Assembly: GCA_045579965.1 (NCBI GenBank) | Contig: JAZNMX010000036.1 | Location: 90,389 to 154,388, forward strand | Reading direction: 5' to 3' | DNA from: Faecousia sp. | GTDB taxonomy: Bacteria > Bacillota > Clostridia > Oscillospirales > Oscillospiraceae | DNA: 64,000 nt | Shown: piece by piece, positions 41,673 through 51,239 of the stretch | Layout: each line of letters opens with the position of its first letter | How positions within the stretch are numbered: the stretch's first letter is position 1 | Position numbers and translations under genes: made by a program | Notes under the pieces: generated by a model | The model's database searches: none | Told to the model about the DNA's origin: nothing | What the model saw: the letters and a program-made list of their open reading frames with translations, nothing else

Positions 41673-42657
41673 ACGGATTGTCAATGCCGAACGGCTGGAG
41701 GATTTGATCTCCGTCTTTGGCTCTTTTGATGAAAATATCAAGCATATCGAGGAGGCTCTCCAGGTTTCTATCATTAACCGGGGTACGGAGCTGAAGGTTA
41801 CCGGGGATGTAGAGGCGGCAGACATGGCCGCAAGAACCTTGTCCGGACTTCTGTCCCTTGCCGCAAAGGGGGAAACCATTGACGAGCAGCGGGTTCGTTA
41901 TCTGATGACTCTGGTTCAGGAGGGGAATGATGACCAGGTTGCCAAAATGGCAAAGGATGTGGTCTGCATTACCGCCAAGGGAAAGCCTATAAAGGCGAAA
42001 ACCGTAGGTCAGCAGGACTATATGAAGGCCATCCAGTCCAATACCATCACCATCGGTGTGGGCCCTGCCGGTACCGGTAAAACATATCTCGCCGTCGCTG
42101 CCGCTGTGGCAGCCTTCCGGGACAGAACCGTAAACCGGATCATTCTGACCCGTCCGGCGGTAGAAGCAGGGGAGCGGCTGGGATTTCTGCCCGGTGACCT
42201 GCAGAATAAGGTTGACCCCTACCTGCGTCCGCTGTACGACGCGCTGTATGACATGCTGGGAGCGGAAACCTTCCAGAAGTACCAGGAGCGGGGCTCCATT
42301 GAAGTCGCGCCCCTTGCCTATATGAGAGGCCGCACACTGGACGACAGCTTTATCATTCTGGATGAAGCCCAGAATACCACCCGGGAGCAAATGAAAATGT
42401 TCCTGACCCGTCTTGGGTTTGGTTCTAAAATCGTGATTACGGGCGATATTACCCAGATCGACCTGCCGGATGATAAAGTGTCCGGACTAAAGGATGCAGT
42501 GCGGGTTTTGACCGATGTGAAGGACATTGCTATCTGTCAGCTTACCTCTGCGGATGTGGTTCGCCACGCACTGGTTCAGCGGATTATCCACGCATACGAA
42601 AAGGCAGAAAAGGCCCGGGAGGCAAATCGGCCGGATTACAAACAGAGGAAACGGTAA
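41656..42657 (+). CDS. phoH: PhoH-like ATPase
   Basis: GPAGTGKT, RPAVEAGERLGFLPG, MRGRT, DEAQN. Confidence 0.95.
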   Translation: MGNTIERIVNAERLEDLISVFGSFDENIKHIEEALQVSIINRGTELKVTGDVEAADMAARTLSGLLSLAAKGETIDEQRVRYLMTLVQEGNDDQVAKMAKDVVCITAKGKPIKAKTVGQQDYMKAIQSNTITIGVGPAGTGKTYLAVAAAVAAFRDRTVNRIILTRPAVEAGERLGFLPGDLQNKVDPYLRPLYDALYDMLGAETFQKYQERGSIEVAPLAYMRGRTLDDSFIILDEAQNTTREQMKMFLTRLGFGSKIVITGDITQIDLPDDKVSGLKDAVRVLTDVKDIAICQLTSADVVRHALVQRIIHAYEKAEKAREANRPDYKQRKR

Positions 42658-42658
42658 C

Positions 42659-43159
42659 ATGAAACACAGAATCAACATCACCTATGACATTTTTACAGTG
42701 CATCAGCCCCTTGTGACTGCTGTTATCAAACGGTGCATATCTTCTGCACTGGAGGCAGAGAGTGTCCGAATTCCCTGCGAACTCAATGTGCTGATTACCA
42801 ATGACCGGGGGATTCACGCCATCAATAAAGCCAGCCGGAATATCGACAAGGCTACCGATGTCTTGAGCTTTCCCATGTTTCAGTTGACAGCCGGCGAGCC
42901 GCCGGAGGATACCGACGAATATCTGGACATCGAAACGGGGCTTTGCCCTCTGGGGGATATTTGCATCTCTCTGGAGCGGGCAATTGCCCAGGCAAAGGAG
43001 TATGGCCACAGCACCCGCCGGGAGGTTGGGTATCTGACCATTCATTCCGTCCTTCATCTTTTGGGCTATGACCATCTGGACGAGGGCGAGCAGAAGAAAC
43101 AGATGCGGCAGAGGGAAGAAGCTATTGCCGCCACCATTTCCGGCATGCACCGGGGCTGA
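42659..43159 (+). CDS. ybeY: rRNA maturation RNase YbeY
   Basis: TDVLSFP, LGDI, HSVLHLLGYDH. Confidence 0.96.
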   Translation: MKHRINITYDIFTVHQPLVTAVIKRCISSALEAESVRIPCELNVLITNDRGIHAINKASRNIDKATDVLSFPMFQLTAGEPPEDTDEYLDIETGLCPLGDICISLERAIAQAKEYGHSTRREVGYLTIHSVLHLLGYDHLDEGEQKKQMRQREEAIAATISGMHRG

Positions 43160-43176
43160 CATTGAGGAGATTTACC

Positions 43177-44061
43177 ATGACAAAGACTGCTATGATAACC
43201 ATTGCAGGACGCCCCAATGTGGGTAAGTCCACACTGACCAATTTTCTTGTTGGCGAGAAAATCGCCATTGTATCCAACAAGCCTCAGACCACCCGCAACC
43301 GGATTTGCGGCATCGTTACCAGGGAAGATACCCAGTTTGTATTTGTGGACACACCGGGCTACCATCGGGCCCGGACCAAGCTGGGGGATTACATGGTCAA
43401 TGTGGCCAAGGATTCCATCGCCGATGTGGATTTGACGATTCTGGTAGTGGAGCCCATTGCCTCCATCGGCCCTCAGGAGGAGGGCTTGCTCGAGAAAATC
43501 AAGGCAAGCAAGTGCCCCGCCATTCTGGCAATCAACAAAATCGATACTGTGGAAAAGGACACCCTTTTAGAGGTGATTGCCCTGTATTCCCAGGCTGCGG
43601 AATTTGCCGCCATCATTCCCATTTGCGCCAAAATCGGCGACGGTGTAGATGCGCTGCTGAATGAGTGCAGAAAATATGCCCAGGAATCCCCGTTTTTGTT
43701 CCCCGACGATGTGACCACCGACCAGCCGGAGCGGCAGGTTATGGCGGAAATCATCCGTGAAAAGCTGTTATGGTGCTTAGATCGGGAGATTCCCCACGGC
43801 ACAGCGGTGGAGATTACCAAATTCTCCGAGCGGGACAGCGGCATCATCGACCTGGACGCCACCATTTACTGCGAAAAAGCAAGCCACAAGGGCATTATCA
43901 TCGGCAAGCAGGGCGCGATGCTGAAGAAAATTTCCACCATGGCCCGGAACGATTGCGAAAAGTTTATGGGCACCAAGGTGTTTCTTACCACCTGGGTTAA
44001 GGTAAAGGAAAACTGGCGGGACAGCGATTTCCTTGTCCGCAATTTTGGCTACAGCGAATAA
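43177..44061 (+). CDS. era: GTPase Era
   Basis: GRPNVGKS, DTPG, NKID, KH domain IIIGKQG. Confidence 0.97.
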   Translation: MTKTAMITIAGRPNVGKSTLTNFLVGEKIAIVSNKPQTTRNRICGIVTREDTQFVFVDTPGYHRARTKLGDYMVNVAKDSIADVDLTILVVEPIASIGPQEEGLLEKIKASKCPAILAINKIDTVEKDTLLEVIALYSQAAEFAAIIPICAKIGDGVDALLNECRKYAQESPFLFPDDVTTDQPERQVMAEIIREKLLWCLDREIPHGTAVEITKFSERDSGIIDLDATIYCEKASHKGIIIGKQGAMLKKISTMARNDCEKFMGTKVFLTTWVKVKENWRDSDFLVRNFGYSE

Positions 44062-44110
44062 TTTCCATGAGTGATTCTTCCCCTTGACGCAAATCCTATC
44101 AGGGGAGGGA

Positions 44111-44260
44111 ATGGATATGGAAGCAAAAGATTATTGGCGTTTGTTTATGGAGACCGGTGCGCCGGAAATGTATCTTTTCTACAGCCGGGCACAAAGGATG
44201 GAGGCACGCAATGTACCTGAAGACCAAGGGCTTGGTGCTTCGTGTCACGGATTACAATGA
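44111..44260 (+). CDS. YqzL-family small protein (49 aa, not in ORF track)
   Basis: GGAGG RBS; MDMEAKDYWRLFMETGAPEMYLFY; typical era-yqzL-recO position. Confidence 0.75.
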   Translation: MDMEAKDYWRLFMETGAPEMYLFYSRAQRMEARNVPEDQGLGASCHGLQ

Positions 44261-44954
44261 CCACGATTCACTACTGACCTTACTGACCCCCAACCACGGA
44301 AAGCTAACGGTGAAGGCCCGCTCGTTAAGACGGAAAAACAGTCCCTTGACCGCTGTTTGTCAGCTGTTGGCTTACAGCGATTTTACCCTGTTTGAGTACA
44401 AGGGGATGTTTACCGTAAATGAAGCGGAATCCATCGAATTATTCTCGCCCCTGCGGCGGGATATCTGCAAGCTTTCCCTGGGTACATATTTTGCCCAGGT
44501 GGCAGAGCTGATTTCTCAAGAGGATTTGAGCAATCCGGAGCTTCTGAGCCTGGTGCTCAACTGTCTGCACGCCCTTGCAAAGCTAAACGAGCCGGAACGG
44601 AAAATCAAGGCGGTGTTCGAACTTCGCTGCGCCTGCCTTGCCGGTTATTTTCCGGATTTAAGCCATTGCCACCTATGCGGTAATGACGAACCGGACCGGT
44701 TTGACTTGTCTGCCGGTCATGTAGAATGTGCCCGGTGCCGCAGCAGCGCGTCCCAGGGTCTCCGGATGCCCCTTTCTCCCGCTGTGTTAAATGCCATGCG
44801 ATATATCACCATGTGCGACCCCAAAAAACTGTTTGCCTTTTCCCTTGGGGATGAGAATCTGCTGCATTTGGCAGATATTGCCGAAAGCTACCTGACCACA
44901 CAGCTGGAACGGGGCTTTTCCACATTGGATTTTTACAAATCACTGTTACTATAG
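44211..44954 (+). CDS. recO: DNA repair protein RecO
   Basis: GLVLR...D...TLLT...GK OB fold, CxxC...CxxC; follows era. Confidence 0.93.
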   Translation: MYLKTKGLVLRVTDYNDHDSLLTLLTPNHGKLTVKARSLRRKNSPLTAVCQLLAYSDFTLFEYKGMFTVNEAESIELFSPLRRDICKLSLGTYFAQVAELISQEDLSNPELLSLVLNCLHALAKLNEPERKIKAVFELRCACLAGYFPDLSHCHLCGNDEPDRFDLSAGHVECARCRSSASQGLRMPLSPAVLNAMRYITMCDPKKLFAFSLGDENLLHLADIAESYLTTQLERGFSTLDFYKSLLL

Positions 44955-44963
44955 GAGTTTATC

Positions 44964-47339
44964 ATGTCTGAATTAAGGGATAAATCCCTCCAGAAGCTGG
45001 AGCTGGACCAGGTGCTTGCGCTGCTGAGCGAGCATGCCGGCAGCGCCGAGGGTAAGGCTGCCTGCCTTGCTCTGCGCCCCAGCCCGGATTTGGAGGAGGT
45101 ACAAGCCTTACTGGAAGAAACCACCGCCGCCTCTGACTTAAGTACCCGAAAGGGAAATCCGTCCTTTTCCGGCGTGCGGGATGTTTCTGCTGCTTTGGAG
45201 CGTGCCGACCGGGGAGGAAGTCTGCATCCCGGTGAGCTGCTGCAGATTGCATCCGTTTTGCGCTGCGCCCGCACCATAAAAGGGTATTGCGATGAGGAGG
45301 AGAAGAAGACTGTCCTCGACCCGCTGTTCCAGGGGCTGACACCAAACAAATATCTGGAAGACCGAATTTCCGGCGCCATTCTCTCCGAGGAGGAAATAGC
45401 GGATTCCGCCAGCCCGGAGCTCGGGGATATTCGCCGCCATCTTCGGATTCAAGCGGGCAAAATCAAAGACAGCCTGCAAAAGATTATCACATCTCCTGCT
45501 TACGCAAAATTCCTCCGCGACCCTATCATTACCATCCGACAGGGACGTTATGTTGTGCCGGTAAAAAGCGAGCACAAGGGCGACGTGCCCGGCCTGGTGC
45601 ATGATGTTTCCGCTACAGGCTCTACCTATTTTGTAGAGCCCATGTCCGCGGTCAACGCCAACAATGCCCTACGGGAGCTGGAGCTGAAGGAGAAAAAGGA
45701 AATTGAGCGCATTTTGGCGCAGCTTAGCGCCGAAGCTGCCGCCCACCGGGAAGCCATCAACGACAATGTTCAGCTGCTGGTGCGGCTGGATGTGATTTTT
45801 GCCAAAGCCCGTCTGGGCTATCGGATGCAGGCCTGGGCACCCCAAATGAATGACGAGGGTAAAGTTGACCTTCGGAAGGCCCGGCATCCGTTAATTGACC
45901 CCAAAACTGTTGTGCCGATCTCTGTCCGCCTAGGTTCGGATTTTGATTCCATGATCATCACAGGACCCAATACCGGCGGCAAGACCGTAACCTTAAAAAC
46001 CATCGGCCTTCTGACGCTGATGGCCCAGTGCGGTCTGCATATTCCGGCCGGCGATGGGAGTATCCTTTCAACTTTTGATGCCATTCTGGCGGATATTGGC
46101 GACGAGCAATCCATTACGCAAAGTCTTTCCACCTTCTCCAGCCACATGAAAACCATTGTGGATGTTGTCGCTCAGTGCGACGACCGGACACTGGTGCTGT
46201 TTGACGAGCTTGGGGCCGGTACCGACCCTGCCGAGGGCGCTGCGCTGGCCATTTCGCTGATTGAATTTTGCCGGAAAATGGGCAGTCGGGTAGTGGCAAC
46301 CACCCATTATGCCGAGCTTAAGCTTTACGCCATGCGCACCGCCGGTGTGATCAACGCCTCCTGCGAATTCAATGTAGAAACCCTTCAGCCCACCTACAAG
46401 CTGCTGATTGGTATTCCCGGCAAATCCAATGCCTTTGCCATTTCCCGCCGCTTAGGGCTCTCTGAGGACATTCTCAAGGAAGCCTCGGATTTGGTAGGCA
46501 AGAATGACAAGGATTTTGAAGATGTCCTTTCCCAGCTGGAACAGCAGCGCCAGCAGATGGAATCTGCCCGTCTGGAGGCAGAACGGCTGCGCAGAGAGAC
46601 GGAGAATATCCGTAAGCAAAGTGAAGAAGCTGCCGCTCAGCTGCAAAAGGAAAAGGATAAAGCCATGGAGCAGGCAAGACGGCAGGCTCAGCAAATCATT
46701 GAGGAAGCCCGCCAGACCGCCAATGCTGCTGCCGAGGAGCTGAAACAACTGCGTAAACAGCTGAAAGAGGGCGCTGACACCACGGGTCTGAATCAGCGAC
46801 AGGCCGATGTTCGCCGCAGCCTGAACGAGGCGGAGGGCAAGCTTCGGGCCAACGCCCCCCAGGTCAAGCGGGAAGAACCTTCCCGGGAAATTCTCATTGG
46901 CGATACGGTGGAACTTTTAAAGCTGGGTACGCGGGCCAATGTGGTTGCCATTCAGAAGGACGGCACCTATCTTCTCCAGGCAGGCATTCTCAAGATGAAT
47001 GCCAAGCGGGATGAAATCTACCTGCTGGAGCAGGATGACCCCTACAAGGCAAAGAAACGCCCTGCCCATTCCGGCCGTGAAATGAACACCGCTGCCATGT
47101 CCACGGAAGTGGATTTGCGGGGCATGGATACCATCGAGGCCATTTGTGCCCTGGGGCTGTATCTGGACAGCGCCATGCGGTCGAACCTTTCTTCTGTCCG
47201 GATTATCCACGGCAAGGGTACCGGCGCGCTCCGGGCTGCGGTCCATCAGGAGCTGAAAAAGAACAAATTTGTCAAATCCTTCCGCTTGGGTGTTTACGGA
47301 GAAGGGGAGGATGGTGTCACTATTGCCGAATTCCGGTAA
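44964..47339 (+). CDS. mutS2: Endonuclease MutS2
   Basis: TGPNTGGKT, SLSTFSSHM, DELGAGTDP, Smr domain IHGKGTG. Confidence 0.96.
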   Translation: MSELRDKSLQKLELDQVLALLSEHAGSAEGKAACLALRPSPDLEEVQALLEETTAASDLSTRKGNPSFSGVRDVSAALERADRGGSLHPGELLQIASVLRCARTIKGYCDEEEKKTVLDPLFQGLTPNKYLEDRISGAILSEEEIADSASPELGDIRRHLRIQAGKIKDSLQKIITSPAYAKFLRDPIITIRQGRYVVPVKSEHKGDVPGLVHDVSATGSTYFVEPMSAVNANNALRELELKEKKEIERILAQLSAEAAAHREAINDNVQLLVRLDVIFAKARLGYRMQAWAPQMNDEGKVDLRKARHPLIDPKTVVPISVRLGSDFDSMIITGPNTGGKTVTLKTIGLLTLMAQCGLHIPAGDGSILSTFDAILADIGDEQSITQSLSTFSSHMKTIVDVVAQCDDRTLVLFDELGAGTDPAEGAALAISLIEFCRKMGSRVVATTHYAELKLYAMRTAGVINASCEFNVETLQPTYKLLIGIPGKSNAFAISRRLGLSEDILKEASDLVGKNDKDFEDVLSQLEQQRQQMESARLEAERLRRETENIRKQSEEAAAQLQKEKDKAMEQARRQAQQIIEEARQTANAAAEELKQLRKQLKEGADTTGLNQRQADVRRSLNEAEGKLRANAPQVKREEPSREILIGDTVELLKLGTRANVVAIQKDGTYLLQAGILKMNAKRDEIYLLEQDDPYKAKKRPAHSGREMNTAAMSTEVDLRGMDTIEAICALGLYLDSAMRSNLSSVRIIHGKGTGALRAAVHQELKKNKFVKSFRLGVYGEGEDGVTIAEFR

Positions 47340-47470
47340 AAATTATCACTCGATATTGGTGTGTTGTGTAAAAATTCCGGATTTGGGTTGACTTTTCCGT
47401 TAATTTTGTTATCATAAGCAGAGAAATACTTCATCATAATTCAGGTGGGGTAGTAAGGAGTGTTCGATTT

Positions 47471-47731
47471 ATGTTCAATAAGGAAGTGCTGGTCAACTGC
47501 CAATCCGGTTTGCACAACCGCCAGGCTACATACTTCGTTCAGAAGGCAAATGAGTTTGAGTCCAGTGTGTGGATTGAGTCCGGCAACCGGAAAATGAACG
47601 CCAAGAGTTTACTTGGAATCATGTCCTTGGGCATCGTCACCGGTTCTACCGTGACATTGTCTGCTGTAGGTAGCGATGCCGAGGCCGCCGTATCGGCTCT
47701 GGAGGCTCTGCTCCAGCGGGATGTCTACTGA
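47471..47731 (+). CDS. ptsH: HPr family phosphocarrier protein
   Basis: GLHNRQA (His15) and NAKSLLG (Ser46) motifs. Confidence 0.85.
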   Translation: MFNKEVLVNCQSGLHNRQATYFVQKANEFESSVWIESGNRKMNAKSLLGIMSLGIVTGSTVTLSAVGSDAEAAVSALEALLQRDVY

Positions 47732-47801
47732 TTCTTGAATTTGGCAAACCGCCTTGATGCTGCCTGGAATGCGCATTGAGGCGGTTCTTTTTGGAGATGC
47801 T

Positions 47802-49622
47802 ATGACTTACGAGGAATTAAAGGAAAAAGCCTTGAGCCTGCCACTGGCCCCCGGCGTTTATCTGATGAAGGATAAAACCGATAAGGTCATCTATGTGGGC
47901 AAGGCAAAAAAACTGAAAAACCGGGTAAGCCAGTACTTCCAGGATACCGGCTCCCATACGCCCAAAACCCGGCTGATGGTGTCCAAAATTCATCATTTTG
48001 ATGTCATTGTGGCTGCATCGGAGTTTGAGGCGCTGGTGCTGGAATGCAGCCTGATTAAGCGGCACATGCCCAAGTATAACATCCTGCTGAAGGATGACAA
48101 GGGGTATCCCTATATCCGGCTGGACATCAAGGCGGCCTATCCAACTTTGACCCTTGCAAGTAAGCTTTCCGATGACGGAGCGCTGTATTTCGGTCCCTAC
48201 GGCAGCCGCTCCTTAACCAATTCGGTGATGGAAGCCATTGGAAAAACCTTCCGCCTTCCGGGCTGCAGCAAGATATTTCCCCGGGACATCGGAAAGGGAA
48301 GACCCTGCCTGAACTACCACATGAATCTGTGCGCAGGCTGGTGTCAGCCGGAGAAAACCCAGGAAGAATACCAGGAGGTCATCCAGCAGGTCAGGCGGCT
48401 TCTCCAGGGAGATTACAAGGCGGTTGCCGAGGATATTCGCCGGCAGATGCTCCGTGCCTCCGATGATCTGGATTTTGAGCTGGCAGCCCGGCTGCGCGAC
48501 CGCTTAAATGCCGTCCAGGCTTTGGGGCAAAAACAGCTGGTAACTGCCGGCAATCTTGCCGATACCGATGTCATCGGCTACGCAGAAACCGAATCCAAAG
48601 CCTGCTTTGCCGTATTGCATTATAAAGGCGGCAATTTACTGGATAAGGAATACGAAGTATTTACGCTTCCCGAGGATAAGGTGGCTGCAGTTTCCGCGCT
48701 GGTAAAACAGTATTATTTCAGCCGCGGTATCGCACCCAAACGGGTCCTTTTGCCTTTTGCTGTTGATGATGCTGACTTATTTGCTCAGGTACTGGAACAG
48801 AATTTCGGCAGAAAAACAAAGCTTCTGATTCCTCAGCGGGGTGACAACGCAAGGCTTACGGAACTGTCCTGCAAGAACGCCTACGAGGAAGCCCGGCGGG
48901 TCACCGACAAGGATGAGCGGATTTCCGGAACACTTTCTCTTCTGGGCAAGATGCTCTCCATGGAGCCGCCCAAGCGAATGGAATCTTTTGATATTTCCAA
49001 CATATCCGGTACGGATATTGTGGCGAGTATGGTGGTATTCGAGGACGGCAAGCCGAGGAAGAGCGAATACAAGCGCTTTAATCTGGAGGAAATGGAAGGC
49101 CAGGATGACTACGGCTCTATGCGTCGGGTGATTCACCGGAGATTTACCCACTATAAGGCAGGAGATTCCGGCTTTGACCAAGCACCGGATTTGCTTTTGA
49201 TTGACGGCGGTATTCAACACGCCAATGTGGCGCTGGAGGCGCTGAAAGAGCTGGAACTTAGCTTCCCGGTGTACGGCATGGTCAAGGACAATAAGCACCG
49301 CACCCGGTCACTGGTGACCCCGGAAGGGGAGGAGATTGCCATTGACAGCAATCCATCCGTGTTCGCCCTCATTGGCAACATTCAGGAGGAAACCCACCGA
49401 TTTGCCATCACCTATCATCGCAAGCTGCGCAGCAAGCGGCTGCGGTATTCTGCCCTGGATGAAATTCCCGGAATCGGCCCAAAACGGAAGCAGGAGCTGC
49501 TGAAGAAATTCCAGTCACTGACTGCCATTTCCGAAGCCTCTCTTTCGGAGCTGGAGCGATTGCTCCCCAAGGATGCCGCCGCAGCAGTGTATTACCATTT
49601 TCACAAAACAGGGGAGGGTTAA
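47802..49622 (+). CDS. uvrC: Excinuclease ABC subunit C
   Basis: GIY-YIG (PGVY...IYVGKAK), FDISN, LIDGG, HhH. Confidence 0.97.
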   Translation: MTYEELKEKALSLPLAPGVYLMKDKTDKVIYVGKAKKLKNRVSQYFQDTGSHTPKTRLMVSKIHHFDVIVAASEFEALVLECSLIKRHMPKYNILLKDDKGYPYIRLDIKAAYPTLTLASKLSDDGALYFGPYGSRSLTNSVMEAIGKTFRLPGCSKIFPRDIGKGRPCLNYHMNLCAGWCQPEKTQEEYQEVIQQVRRLLQGDYKAVAEDIRRQMLRASDDLDFELAARLRDRLNAVQALGQKQLVTAGNLADTDVIGYAETESKACFAVLHYKGGNLLDKEYEVFTLPEDKVAAVSALVKQYYFSRGIAPKRVLLPFAVDDADLFAQVLEQNFGRKTKLLIPQRGDNARLTELSCKNAYEEARRVTDKDERISGTLSLLGKMLSMEPPKRMESFDISNISGTDIVASMVVFEDGKPRKSEYKRFNLEEMEGQDDYGSMRRVIHRRFTHYKAGDSGFDQAPDLLLIDGGIQHANVALEALKELELSFPVYGMVKDNKHRTRSLVTPEGEEIAIDSNPSVFALIGNIQEETHRFAITYHRKLRSKRLRYSALDEIPGIGPKRKQELLKKFQSLTAISEASLSELERLLPKDAAAAVYYHFHKTGEG

Positions 49623-49624
49623 CC

Positions 49625-50167
49625 ATGCGCGTTATATCCGGAAAGGCCAGAGGCGTCACATTGAAAACGCCGGAGGGTCTTCAAACCCGTCCCACAGCAG
49701 ACCGGGTGAAAGAAGCCATGTTTTCCATTTTGCAGTTTGACCTGCCCGGAACACGGGTTCTGGACTTGTTTGGCGGCACGGGTCAGTTGGGGATTGAAGC
49801 TATCAGCCGGGGGGCAAAAAGCGCCACCTTTGTGGATGCTTCCGACAAGGCCTGCAGACTCATTCAGGAGAATCTCAAGCGCTGCAGGATGGAACAGGAG
49901 GGGAGAGTTGTTCGGGGCGATTATCTGGAATTTCTCTCAAAATGTACAGAAACCTACGATATTATTCTTCTTGACCCGCCTTATGCAGAAGTTTTTTTAG
50001 AAAATGCAATAAAAAGGATATCGGAAATTGACATTTTGGAATCTGGTGGTATAATAGTCTCGGAACGCCCTGCTGAAAAAGAGCTTTCTATGCTTTTACC
50101 CGGTTTTCAGCGGTCAAAAGATTACAAATACGGTAATACGGTTGTCACCATTTACCGCAAGGATTGA
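49625..50167 (+). CDS. rsmD: 16S rRNA m2G966 methyltransferase
   Basis: MRVISG, RPTADRVKEA, LDLFGGTG, DPPY. Confidence 0.95.
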   Translation: MRVISGKARGVTLKTPEGLQTRPTADRVKEAMFSILQFDLPGTRVLDLFGGTGQLGIEAISRGAKSATFVDASDKACRLIQENLKRCRMEQEGRVVRGDYLEFLSKCTETYDIILLDPPYAEVFLENAIKRISEIDILESGGIIVSERPAEKELSMLLPGFQRSKDYKYGNTVVTIYRKD

Positions 50168-50177
50168 GGCGGAGAAT

Positions 50178-50678
50178 TTGAAAATTGCCATTTATCCCGG
50201 AAGCTTTGACCCCGTCACCAGCGGACACTTGAATATTATCCGCCGGGCGGCCAATATATTTGATAAGCTGATTGTCTGCGTCATGGTCAACGCCGGTAAA
50301 AATCCCATGTTCACCTTGGAAGAACGTGTGGATTTTATCAAACGGGTTGCTGCTGACATTCCCAATGTGGAAGTAGACAGCTCCAACGAACTTCTTGCCG
50401 ATTACGCCAAGCGGAAGGGAAGCTGTGTCATAGTCAAAGGCCTGCGGGCCGGCTCGGATTTCGAAAACGAGTCCCAGATGGCGCTGATCAACCACAAAAT
50501 CAATCCCAATCTGGATACCATGTTCCTTTCTGCCGAGCATCAGTATATGTACCTGAGCTCCAGCACAGTGAAGGAGCTGGGCACCTACAATGTGGATTTG
50601 TCCGATTTTCTGCCCGAGCAGATTATCCCGGACTTTTATAATCGCGTATCTACCATACAAGGAGGAAATAGAAAATGA
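50178..50678 (+). CDS. coaD: Phosphopantetheine adenylyltransferase
   Basis: YPGSFDPVTSGH, KGLR, SSSTVKE. Confidence 0.96.
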   Translation: MKIAIYPGSFDPVTSGHLNIIRRAANIFDKLIVCVMVNAGKNPMFTLEERVDFIKRVAADIPNVEVDSSNELLADYAKRKGSCVIVKGLRAGSDFENESQMALINHKINPNLDTMFLSAEHQYMYLSSSTVKELGTYNVDLSDFLPEQIIPDFYNRVSTIQGGNRK

Positions 50679-51169
50679 ACGAGCAACACATTGAAGATAT
50701 TATCAGCGCCCTGTATGATCTGGTTCAGGATGCCCGGGCACTGCCTCTGGGTGCGGATAAGTGCATTCTGGAGCGGGATAAGGTTCTGGATATGCTGGAC
50801 GAAATCATCGCGGCTCTGCCCGGTGAGCTGAAGCAGTCCCGCACCATCGTGGAATCCCGTAACGAGCTGATCGGCCAGGCTCGCCGTGAGGCTGAGTCCA
50901 TTGTCCGTCAGGCTCAGCAGAAGGCCAGCGAGCTGGTTGAGCAGGAGGCTATTTATGTAGAGGCCAAGCGGCAGTGCCAGGAGATGGTGGAAAACACCCA
51001 GAACCGGATTGCCGAGCTGAAAAAGGCCAGCAACGCCTACATGGACGATGCCCTGCGCCGTACCGAGGAAGCCATTGCCCTGTCTCTGGGTGAGGTTCGG
51101 GAGACCCGGGTTAAGTTCCGTGCGCTGACCGCCGATAAGAGCGAGGGCGCAGCAGACATCGAGATCTAA
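50675..51169 (+). CDS. Conserved coiled-coil protein downstream of coaD
   Basis: LPGELKQSR motif and helical repeat; overlaps coaD stop. Confidence 0.75.
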   Translation: MNEQHIEDIISALYDLVQDARALPLGADKCILERDKVLDMLDEIIAALPGELKQSRTIVESRNELIGQARREAESIVRQAQQKASELVEQEAIYVEAKRQCQEMVENTQNRIAELKKASNAYMDDALRRTEEAIALSLGEVRETRVKFRALTADKSEGAADIEI

Positions 51170-51239
51170 AATTGTAGAGAAACAGCTCAAACAAGATAAC
51201 GTTTGAGCTGTTTTTTGCGAAATATTTAGGAGGGATTGG

